From Amoebidium appalachense (taxonomy: Eukaryota; Protista; Ichthyosporea), in NCBI GenBank assembly GCA_963693365.1, contig CAVNZM010000006.1:2232001-2296000 (forward strand): DNA of 64,000 nt, read 5' to 3'. Position 1 is the stretch's first letter. Each line of letters starts with the position of its first letter. This document shows positions 52,757 to 64,000 of this stretch, piece by piece. The position numbers and the translations under genes are program-made. A model generated the notes under the pieces. That model had not been told where the DNA came from, searched no databases, and was given only the letters and a program-made list of their open reading frames with translations.

Positions 52757-53186
52757 TTGTTGTTGTGGTGGTGTGTTTCTACGTGTCTGTGCCTTCCCCC
52801 CCTTCCCCCTTTACTCGTGTGTGTCCCCCCCCCTCCCGGAAACAATGGCACAGAAACCCCCTCCGGTGTGGTTAGAAGAAACACCGGGTTGGGACAAGAA
52901 ACACTGAGACCATCCACTTGTGGCTGGGGAACCTCCCCCAACCACAAAACATTCACACCATTCATACCTTTGGTAGAGTCACCCCACAAACATTCATGCC
53001 ATACCACCTCGACGCTGTCTTGAGGACCCACGACGATGCCCGGCTCCCACACGTATCGGGGCGGTGAGGGGGCAAAGGGAAGCTTAACCTGGGGTGGGGG
53101 AGGGTGAAGGTTCTCTGCAACCTGGGGGGGACCGATACTGTCCCCCCCCCTCCCTCAGTGACCCCAGCTTCCCCCTCCCCCGGAAC

Positions 53187-54522
53187 TCAATAGCTCTTGT
53201 AACTACGGCAATATGCAGCAGAGTGCCCTTGCCGGCCACAAAAGTAACATGCACCAAAGAAGGGGCCAGGGGGGACTTCAAAACCTTGGCGCAAAGCATA
53301 ACCGGGAGCCCGGTCATGCTGGGGGGGCCCACCGTGTGCACCACGGCCCCCCCTTCCCCCCTGCCCCCCTCGGCCTCTCTCATTACCATTTCCACCCCTC
53401 CCTCTACCCTGCCCACCACCACGAGCAAGATAAGGGGCAAACCTCTCGGTGAACTGCTGCTGTTGTCCTCCACGTCCACCTCGGCCACGACCGCCGTGTC
53501 CACCCCGGTCGCCGCCACGGCCACCCCGGAAGCCGAAGCCCCCTCGGCCAGAGAAGACGGCATGGGAGAGCTCGGCAACCTGCTTGACCAACATGGTGAG
53601 TGCATCTGGCTGTTCACCCTCTTTTTTCCGCTTTTTCCCCCTTCTGTCCACTCTCCTTCTTTTTCTTGTCTACTTCCATCACCTCCTTTTTATCCCTCTT
53701 ATTGAACTTCACCTCGTGCATGGCAAGCAAGTGACGTTTAACATGCAACACCACCTCATCTACATCATCATGCTCCCCAAACATGCGTGCAGTGTCTGTG
53801 TTTACAGAGAGAGCCTTACGAGCAAACTCGAATTTTTCCCTATCACTCACGTCACCAGCTAACTCACAAAGGTCTTCAAAGACCCGATATTCCCTTTCAA
53901 AGAATGCACGAGCTTCTACGGGGGACATATCTAAAGTGGGAAAGGTATACTTCCATTCTCTGAGCTGGGCCCGGAAGGTACGGCGCCGGTCGGCCGTCAG
54001 GTATCGGCCGACGAGCTGGGCCGTATACTCGAGCTCGTTTTCCGGCCGTGTGAAGGCCTCGAGCTCCCCGTCCACGTCGTCGGTGCTGTTCTCGTCCTCG
54101 TCGTCGGGGATGAACCGTGCGGCCAGACGTTTCTGGCCGAGTGTCCGGGACACCATCTCGTCCCTCCCCTCGTCGTACTGCTGCTCGTATATACGAGCCG
54201 TCACCTGGGGGGCCTGCTCGGCCCGGTACGGGTGCTCCTCCATCAGGGTGCATAAGTCGGCCATTGTTTTGTGGTCGATGCACTGTTTGATCATTAAGCA
54301 CGAGGCCGCCACAGTGGGGGCCTTCTTTGTGTCTAACACTAGTGTGGGTGTGTTAGCTAGGAGTGTCCTAAGCCACCTAGGTATTTCCGAGTCGTGTTTG
54401 AGTGTAAAACTGAAAGCTGTGGTCTGTCTAACGTCTAGTGTATGAACCTGTGGTACCTGTGTGTGCAGGGAGCTATCCTCCGCTGCCAATGCGTAGAACA
54501 TGTCTACGTTAAACTTAGCCAT
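53187..54522 (-). pseudogene. Gypsy gag (two overlapping frames; RGG-rich region and CCHC zinc knuckle)
   Basis: ORF 54522-53614 starts just after the 5' LTR leader. Frame 53651-53187 contains RGG repeats and CYFCGRQGHSAAYC. Confidence 0.85.
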
Positions 54523-54552
54523 TGTGTGGTGTTCGGGTGGTTGTGTTTATTT

Positions 54553-54586
<34 letters not shown>

Positions 54587-55445
54587 CTGTGTGTTTGAGG
54601 TGTAGCAACAGCCCAGAAGGAACTGTCACCGCGTTACCCTAGCGCGAAAAACCGCACTAAAAGAAAGGTGTAGCTTGTCGTATCCTATTATATGTGTACT
54701 AGAGACGCGGCACTCTACTAAGTGTACACACACGAAAAGGAACGAACGTGTACGGAAAAACGGTAAAGTTTATTCAGACCAGGCTCCGACGGGCAAACTT
54801 AGATCCGTACGGAATGAGACTAAGTTACAACTGAGGCCATCAAGGCCGTGCCCTCAAAGATCATCATCACCTGGCCCCAGTACGATGCCACATTCCAAAC
54901 ATTCCGATCTACTTTTATCGTGCGCCTGCACGAGCTAAGTCGATCTACTCAACTAATATATTTATCCATGTCTCACCCCTCACCCTCCCCCTAGTGGCAC
55001 CGCAGAGTCTAAATCTACATTTCATATTATCCTCCCCCCCCCCCCTCCCCCCTTTCCTTTACATCTAAATATATAAATACGTTTGGCAACAAACACTATC
55101 AAACCTTGCCAATACTTACAAAAGGGCTTCTGCCCGAACAATCACATTCCTAAGTCCTCCTACGATCTATCCTACACACTAATTAGAATTCTATTGGACG
55201 GCTGTCCCGGCTGACGTGGTCCAATGCCCTGCGCCGGCAGAGGCAAGATGCACGCAGCTGTACAGCTATCTTGAGACCCCGGACTTGATCTTGATGATCT
55301 GTGGACCCGGGCCACCCCCCCCCCCCCCCCCCCCCCCCGATCTCGATCGTAGACTTAGGCTAATCTGCTGAGACGGATTAGTATATGTCAGACAGGCAAT
55401 AAAACTTTCCACGTGCACTGAGTGCCAGGTGGGCAACATATTTCA

Positions 55446-55573
55446 GGGACTTCACTTTCACTTCGATCTCTTAGCTGTCACGTCAACTTTCTTTGGGACT
55501 TCACTTTCACTTCGATCTCTTAGCTGTCACGTCAACTTTTTTTCCCGATTCTTCACCATGGCAGGTATATAAA
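55446..55573 (+). promoter_or_regulatory. 45-bp perfect tandem duplication followed by TATATAAA
   Basis: GGGACTTCACTTTCACTTCGATCTCTTAGCTGTCACGTCAACTTT at 55446 and 55495. TATA at 55566. Function is inferred only. Confidence 0.4.
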
Positions 55574-56523
55574 GGCTTTCGTTTCTTCTTTTTGTGGTGG
55601 GAGGGAGTCCCACTCAGGGGAATGTGACTGCAGCGTGTGTGTGGTGTGGCCTGGTGTATTCCTACTGCTGTGAGAGTGTGGGGGCATCTCCCTTTCGCGG
55701 AGTTTCTCGCTTGAGAAGTGGTTTCTTCAACGCCTGGTGGTCCACTGCAACCTATGGTAACTTCTACACGCTGTCTACGCTTCTACGCGACCTATTGGCG
55801 GTGGGCTGCTGCAACTTCTTCAGCTACTTCTGCGCTGCGCGAGTGGAGGGGCGGCTACTTGGTCGTCGGGGAGCTTTCCAAGTGACTGCCAATCCTTAGC
55901 CTCCAGTCGTATGGCAATGACCGGGTTTGCTTGCATGCATTCTGTAATTGTGTTTTTCTGTGTGTCCTGCCACAACTAGGCCACCTTATCAGAGAGCTAG
56001 ATGCAGTTTCTCCGGGTTATCTAGGGGCCGGGCCCGTTGGGATTGTTTTTTAGCTCAGATTTGGTCTGCATTGCTCTTTTAGAGGCTGACTTGCTTGCTG
56101 TGCCTCGATAGGTTTTGAGGGGGGCCTGTTGGGAAGGAGCAGTAATGATGTCTTCTTGCAGAGTGTGGTCTGGTCAACATCGATGCATATGACTAGTTGG
56201 AGCAAACTAGTTTCACGCATACACGTACACTTAAGGTTTTGCCCGCTGGTGTCCTTTGTCACTTGTCGCTTTATTTTTATTTCGTAGCTTTGGCTTTTTC
56301 AGTTCTATTGGTGGTTATGTAGCTTGTGGCTGCACGTTGCCTTCATCAACGGATCAATAAACCCGAGTCAAAAGAAAAAAAAGAAAATATTTCAGTGAAG
56401 TCTGGAATTGGCACCCCCCCGAAATGTTCCCGAACATAAAATCATCATTCTACGGTGTGTGTCAATATACCATGCTCACAAGTCAGTACTGCAATTATAC
56501 TATTCTCAGTTTACTTCAAAGCA

Positions 56524-56566
<43 letters not shown>

Positions 56567-57082
56567 CCCTCTTCCCATTCCCTGCCCCCCCAAATTTTTT
56601 TTTTATGCTTTTCATACTTTTTCTTTTGACTGGATTTATTCGACGCTTTTCATACTCAGTGACTGCAATCATGGCACCCGTGTTTTCTAGATATATTTCC
56701 TTTCATTGTGTTCAACGTCTATGTGTGTGTGAGTGTGTGTGCATGTTTGTGTGTGTGTGAATGTGTGTGTGTGGGCCAAGTGAAGGTTGTATGCGTTTTT
56801 TTCTTCTAAGTTGTTTTTGTATTCTATTCGATTATTACTTTGTGTGTAAATGTGGAAAAAAAACAAATAAAAAAACAACGACCACCGCCCAGCTTGAATC
56901 ACCCTAGCTCTAGTGTAAAACAATAATCATTATCAGTCACAAACCCTTCTACTACACTCGCCCCAAATGTCATATTCACATTACTGAGTTGTTTTACTCT
57001 ATTTTTTTCAACAACTGTCTGCTATTAAACAGTAAAATGTACATGTGTTTGTGTGTGTGTGTGTGTGTGTGTGCCACAGGCC

Positions 57083-57123
<41 letters not shown>

Positions 57124-58204
57124 ATATAGAATTTACCGTCCTCATCCCCGTGTCCCCCTAAACCGGTGTTAGCAGGCCTTTGAGGTTTTTGTGATTGGAT
57201 TGGTAGTTCTATTACATTAAAATTTTCAAAATGTCGTTGTACCAATGATATAATACGTTGTAAAACAAATGTCGCCGAATTTCTCTAAAAAAAGTGCGTT
57301 CCATTCTGGGTTAGAAACGAAAACCGTTTTGATACGGGAGTCACCTGATCTCTGCCGTCATTCAGCCCAGCGCGTTCACAGTAGACTCCGAAACCGCTGG
57401 TTTTTTTCTTTTTACTTCAAAGCCCCGAGTACGTACATCCTCTCGGGCCCAACTTTAGGGCACTATATTTCAATTTTCTCATTACCAATTTTTAGTTATT
57501 TTAGGCTTTTTCATTAGTATCGCAAGAATATTTAGCGATTTTGATGTCATAAAAACAACTAAGCAACGTTTCGATAGTTTTTGATGCCTCACAAAATGGC
57601 CTTTGGTCCCCTCCAAATTCCGGATTTGAGGTCCGGCAAACAACGCATTAACTAATATTATAACGACCGTTTGACCTTCCCGTAATCTGGCCCAGTGACT
57701 AATCACTGACTATGCAACCCGCGGAGATTTGCATAGCGAAATCAAAAGCCGAAACGCGCATAAAACCAAGCAGCATAGAAGAATATTAACGTGTGGAGGT
57801 GTTTGTGTCAAAAATATAAAAAATTTAAGTCTAAAATTGATTCAGAACAAAGTATTAGAGGGCAAAAAGGGAGGTAAGCAGCCGCTACGTGTGGCTGTAG
57901 GTGTCAGGGTATGAACTAATGCAACCCTGAGTCAAAAAGGACCGTTCTCGGCTACATGCCATGGCGCTCGGGTATGACTATTGGTCTAGCAAAAATAATA
58001 AAACATCGTAAAAAATCCATTTTTTTACTTTTCGATAAATGCTATGATAAAAATCACAACGTGCCCGATGCCGATTTCGCCTCCTTTCGATAGTACGTAC
58101 GACGAATGAACTTGGAGAATTGGACGCCATAAGTAAATACATCAACCAATGAACACCTTTTGACGCATCAAGTAAATATATCCAACTATGCATGTGACGA
58201 GGAT

Positions 58205-58213
58205 GGACACGTG

Positions 58214-58246
<33 letters not shown>

Positions 58247-58354
58247 ACACACACACACAAATACGCACACACATTCACTCACACACACCCACACAAACTT
58301 AGACACTCGTTCTATTCACTCACACATTCTTTCGCGCTCACGCACTCTAATCAA

Positions 58355-58431
<77 letters not shown>

Positions 58432-58665
58432 AACACACACACAAACATTCACACACACCCATTGTATGCACACACACACACACATTCGCCACACGTGCAC
58501 ACACACACACACACACACACACAAATACACACCCACACACACATGTACACACATACACACACACACACGCATACAAACACACACACAAACATTCACACAC
58601 ACCCATTGTCTTCAGACACACATTCTTTCGCGCTCCCGCACTCCAACCAACAACACAACGCACAA

Positions 58666-58716
<51 letters not shown>

Positions 58717-59311
58717 ACCACACACATTCGCACACACAACCACATAAAGGCTCCCCATCAATCTTATGTTTCCCGAAAACTTTGCCATACTCATCCACTT
58801 TGACTCGTTTTAGGCGCCGGCGACAGCCGGCGCTTAGACCTCCTTGTTATATATATTGATAATACGTACGGTCACGTCCTCTTACACATATGTGCGGCAG
58901 TGCCAGTGTATATGAGGATATATACTATGTGTGCATATGTATCTAGTTCCTGCGTGTGTCACTGTGTCCGTGGCCTTATTTTTTCCCAGTGCACACATTT
59001 TCTTTTATTTGATGAACATATGCATGATCATGAATCATGTTACGAATAGACGTATTACGCGATTTGTGCCTTCCCCGATTCGGATTGGGTCCCTGAAAGG
59101 GGGGGGGGGGGGAAGAAAATTACGTTGGGTGGTTGTGTTTGTGTTTGTGTGTGTGTGAATATTTTTCTTTGCAATTGTGTGTGTGTGTGTGGTGGGTATG
59201 TATGCACGGTGTGTGTGTCTGTGTGTATGTGTACAGGTGTGGGTGTGTGTATTTGTGTCAGCGGTAATCGGTGTGTGTGTGTGTCTATGTTGCGTGCATG
59301 TGTGCACATGT

Positions 59312-59342
<31 letters not shown>

Positions 59343-59622
59343 CATGACATTGTGTGCATGTGTGTGTGTGTTTTGTGTCAACGGTTATGGTGTGTGTGTA
59401 TGTATGTCCAGTGTGTGTATGTATGTGTGTGTGTGTGCAGTGTGGTGTGTATGTATGCAGGGTGTGTGTGTCTGTGTATGTGTGTGTACATGCCAGTGTG
59501 TGTGTGTGTGTTTGTACCAACGGTTTCTTGACAATGTGTGTGTGCGTGTGTTTGTGTGTGTGTGTGTGTGTGCCACGGAGTGTGTGTGCGTGCGCCGTGT
59601 ACATGGTGTGTGCGTGCGGTGT

Positions 59623-59657
<35 letters not shown>

Positions 59658-59790
59658 TGTGGGTGGGTGGGTGCATAGCATGTGATTGTGGGTGGATGCA
59701 TGTGCACGTTTGTAATACAGTTATCATGCATGATCTGAGATAGTGTGTGCCTGTGCACGTGTATAGCCTAGGTCACATGTGTGGTGGCAC
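58205..59790. repeat. Large degenerate (CA)n block followed by a (TG)n block
   Basis: Directly visible microsatellite-derived sequence in opposite orientations. Confidence 0.9.
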
Positions 59791-60510
59791 AGCTGTGCAT
59801 GTATGTGCATGTGTGTCTTTGAACGGAACACAGTGGTGCACAGTGTGTGTATTGCCTGCCATTTAAGACGCGTGCCACTGATCGTGATACACGTGGCACC
59901 TGCACCTGGTGTCCGTCGACTCTGAGCATCTAGATCCATTCCATGTCTAGGCCTTCCTGGGGAGGAAGGGGGGGGGGGGGGGGGGGGGGGGGGGTACTAG
60001 TGGGGGGGGGGGGGGGGGGAAGGATTCCTGGAGAGGGGGGGAGGGGAGGGGGGAGGGGTGAGGCCGGAGCGGCGTGGGGGGAGAAGGAGGGGCAGCATTG
60101 GTGGAGGGAACGGTGGGCAGCGGAGGAGGGGGGAATGGGGTTCGATTTCTGGGGGGGGGAAGTTTTGAAGTGGAGGCCGGCCTAGCCTATATAGGCATAT
60201 GCATGCGCAGGCATATGCATTGTATGTTCATGTGGCCATGCATGGCTATGATGCATATATGGTGTCACGGCTGTGTGTGTGTGAATGTTTGTGTGTGTGT
60301 CTGTGTGTGTGTGTGTGTGTGCGCGCGCGCGTGGGTGTGCATAAATGTGTTTGGTGTGACAACATGTACATGTGCTAGGCTGGCGCTGTAGTCAGGGTCT
60401 GCCATTGAACATTCTACAGGGACAGGGAGACACGTACGTACGTGTGCAGCTTGTGTGGGCGGTGTATGCCCCGTGTATGATGAGACCTGCGAAGTCATGA
60501 GAAGCTTCCC

Positions 60511-60575
<65 letters not shown>

Positions 60576-61315
60576 CTCTCGGGCGTTCCGATTCGGCCGG
60601 GACGATTTTCGGAACTGTGTTTTCAAATATCGGAAATTCCGATTTTTTTTTCGTAACTTCGAACCCTGGTCCCGGCCCCAAATATCGTGACCTTGCAATT
60701 TGCAAATCATTACAATAGTTGTTGCCAAGGAATCGCAAGGATGTGTGTATCATGTACGTGCAGACGGCTTTCCATGCCACATTCAACATTGAGGTTTCCC
60801 ACGTCACTACCGGGCTCCGCAGCCACTGAAAACCAAAGGCTTAGAGCGCCCGTCCAGACGTAGCTGCTGTGTGTGTCTTTGGCTTTGCGGGCCTCTGAAA
60901 TTCGACCGTTTCTGTCATATCCATGCTAGCACTGTATTTTGGTCTCCTGCTGCATACTGCCCGCCTTTACATGGACATCGATAGCTTGTTTGAACAGCGT
61001 GTATGCATGTGTTGCATAACTTGTGTGTGATTGCAAATCCCTATATGGGGTGACGGGGTGTGCTAAGAGAGACGGAAGCAACCAGCACACACCCTCTACA
61101 CGCCCATAGCAGTTTCTGCCATACACACAACATTGCACCAACACCCAAGAGCCTGCCTATTTGCAGTAGGCATTCATTTAGTAGCAGACCACCAAAATGA
61201 AAGGGCTTGCACTTTCATTGGGCAAAGACAACTCACAGCTTAAGTCGAAAAAAATTTGGAGTCGGAACACACGCGTCCACCAACACAGCACGTCGTGCAC
61301 CCGGTCAGCAACTCA

Positions 61316-61804
61316 ATGCATGTGGTGGACGCGTATCTCGGGCTGCCTTTCGTGGTGCAGGCGCTGCAGCAGCACGCACAGACGCGCGGAGACAAGCCGG
61401 CCATGGGCTGGATCGACGAAAAGGGCGACCTGGCCACAGCCATGACCTGTGTAGAGCTCTGGGCCACATCAGGCCAGGTATATATGGGGGCACATGGATG
61501 GCAGAATAACACTTGGTCGATGGCTTAAATTGGACTTAATTAGTCTGCAAGTGGAACCATCGGATTGCAAACAGAGCAAACACCATCAGAGGCCATTTAC
61601 CTCCGTTCTTTTTTGTTCGCAGTTGTTGCATATTATATAACCCCCTCCCCCCACTCCCCTCCCCTTCCCCCCGCCCCCTCCCTCGCCCTCCCCCCCCCCC
61701 CCCCCCCCCCCCCCCCCAAATCCCCACGGTGACCGACAGTGCACCCACAAACACGAACAAGACACCACGGCACACATGTGCCACGCGCGCAACAAGCGCA
61801 CCCA

Positions 61805-61859
<55 letters not shown>

Positions 61860-61862
61860 TGT

Positions 61863-61895
<33 letters not shown>

Positions 61896-62040
61896 TCACT
61901 GCGCCACAGAGAGAAGAGAAAGGAGGATTGAGAGAGTGTATTTTAGACGGTGTGCTGCAATGATTTGATTTTGTGTGTGTGTCAGGATGTGTGTGTGTGT
62001 GTGTGTATGTGTGTGTGTCAAGATGTGTGTTGAAGTGTGT

Positions 62041-62088
<48 letters not shown>

Positions 62089-62183
62089 CAGTGTGTGTGT
62101 GTGTGTGTATGCGTGTGTCAGGATGTCTGTCTGTCTGTGTGTTTGTGTGAGTGTGTGTGTATGTGTGTGTCAGGATGTCTGTC

Positions 62184-62262
<79 letters not shown>

Positions 62263-62289
62263 TCAGGAATCGTCTGTGTGTGTGTGTGT

Positions 62290-62340
<51 letters not shown>

Positions 62341-63362
62341 TGGTGGAGAGAGAGAAAAAGACAGAAGGGGCCTATATTGTCACATATCTATTAATCCTGG
62401 ACCTTGTGATTCATAGATGATTCACAATTACTCCAAACAGGAATTACTTTTGAACCCCCCCCCCCCCCCCCAGCTAGCGCACCGGCTGCAGCACACACAC
62501 GGGCTGAGTGCCGGGGACCGTGCGCTGGTTGTGTATCCGCCGGGCATCGAGTTTGTGGTGGCCATGGTGGCCTGCTTCAGGGCCGGGATCATTGTGGTCT
62601 CCGTCTACCCCCCAAACCTCGCAAATCTGGCTGCAGACCTACCCAAGCTGCACCACTTTGTCGAAGACAGCGGCGCAAAGGTCGCCCTGACCACCGACCA
62701 GTACAAGAAGGTGCGTGCTGTTTTTGGCCCCATGGGGAAACGAGCTGCTGGACGCGCACAGTTGCTGCTGGGGATGTGCACCTGGTCATATTTACAAAGT
62801 TTCATGGTTGGTCTAAAATTTAGTTTATCCAACCCCCGCAGTCTCTTGCACGGCCCAATTAGGGTACATTATCACCTACAGTATTAGATAGTCAATGGTC
62901 AAGGCAATGATTTTGCTTAGCAGAAAACCCTTCAGCCTGCACATGGGTGTATCAGATCACTTTCCTTTCTTTAAGGCAGCCATTGCCCATTTAAGCCGTT
63001 GCACGTGCAGGTATTTATGTGGACACGGGCCGTGCCACCCACCCAACCCCAATACTGACCGCACACCTGCAGGCTGTGCAGATGATGTCACTGGTGCACT
63101 GCTGGCCCACCCTGACCTGGGTGGCCACCAACACGACCCCCCCACGGCCCCCCCCCCGGCAGATGACACACTCTACAACCCAACACACGATAGCCCCGCC
63201 ATGATCCAGTACACCTCGGGAAGCACCGGGGACCCCAAGGGTGTTGTCATCACCCACGGCAATCTCGTGCACCAGTTTCAATCATTCCTGATTATGTTCT
63301 ACATCCCCAGGGTCGATATGTCGGAAGTTGTGCATGTGGGCTGGGCACCGCAGCATCACGAT
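61316..63362 (+). CDS. Fatty acyl-AMP ligase (FAAL)-like adenylation domain, 5' exons only (61316-61477, 62474-62710, 63073-63362; continues beyond the window)
   Basis: [55 protein letters not shown] and GWAPQHHD (the WLPxxHDMG-type motif). One frameshift in a C run of exon 3. Confidence 0.85.
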
Positions 63363-63374
63363 GTGAGTGTGTGT

Positions 63375-63405
<31 letters not shown>

Positions 63406-64000
63406 GGGGGGGGGGGGAGAAGGCGGGTGGGTGGGTGGGTGGGTGGTCGGGTGGGTAGGTGGTTGTGTGTGTGTTTGTGTTGATGTGCACGTTGGTGTGC
63501 ATGAGTGCGTCACGGTGTCTGTATGTGCATGTGCGTGCCTGTGTTTGTGTGTGTGTGTGTGTGCTTGTGTCACAGTGTTGGTATGAAGAGGGGAGGGGGG
63601 TGGGGGAGGATGGTAAGGTTTCAATCTCCGTTCGGCCTTTTGTGAGCCCTGTCCGTCAAAGCCTTTAACCAGAACAGCCCACTCCAAGTGCACCCAGCCT
63701 GCCACAAATATACTGCCACATTTTGGTAACTACCATTGTATTCAGCAGGGCAAAAAAAAAAACACTTAGTAACCAATTTTTTTTCATTTTTCTAAACAAA
63801 AAACTCTTTATGGAGTATTTGTAATATATGTGGCTTCTTTTGTGCGAAAAATACATATTATATAGCACACATAGATGCCGTTTGTGCACGCTAAAACTTT
63901 GCGCTGAAACCGTTTCTGTTGCGCATTTTCTGATAACGGCTTTAAGCGGATTGACCAAAATGGAGGAGATCGGAATGCAGCGTAACCAGGTCCAATCGTT

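Larger units (their letters stand above)
42752..55390 (-). mobile_element. Full-length Ty3/Gypsy chromovirus LTR retrotransposon (5' LTR 54676-55390, 3' LTR 42752-43465)
   Basis: ~714-bp TG...CA LTRs differing at only a handful of positions. TSD GACAG. PPT at ~43466-43477. Order gag-PR-RT-RH-IN-chromodomain. Confidence 0.97.

Overview
Intron-rich eukaryotic genomic DNA, dense in poly-C/poly-G homopolymers and (CA)n/(GA)n microsatellites. Most of the supplied ORFs are artefacts of these repeats. A unicellular holozoan or other protist is plausible but not provable here. Genes reconstructed by hand from GT-AG phase-consistent exons: an intronless 3-beta-HSD/NSDHL-like SDR, a 13-exon PMCA-type P2B Ca2+-ATPase, a cytochrome-b5-fused front-end-type fatty acid desaturase, the 5' part of a fatty acyl-AMP ligase (FAAL)-like gene, two orphan multi-exon genes and a partial FG/Thr-rich gene. 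Mobile DNA: a full-length Ty3/Gypsy chromovirus (TSD GACAG) with an internally deleted Ty1/copia element nested in its pol (TSD ACTTC), a copia-type TRIM with a half-tRNAiMet PBS (TSD GCATG), a hAT-like MITE (8-bp TSD) and a probable solo LTR. The most novel signal is a five-copy repeat family whose 3' end always abuts a (C)n tract and whose 5' end is variably truncated. Its two long copies show covarying helices that carry all three conserved hammerhead-ribozyme core strands, but in a non-standard, pseudoknotted order. It is a candidate poly-C-targeting, ribozyme-bearing (Penelope-like or retrozyme-like) retroelement.
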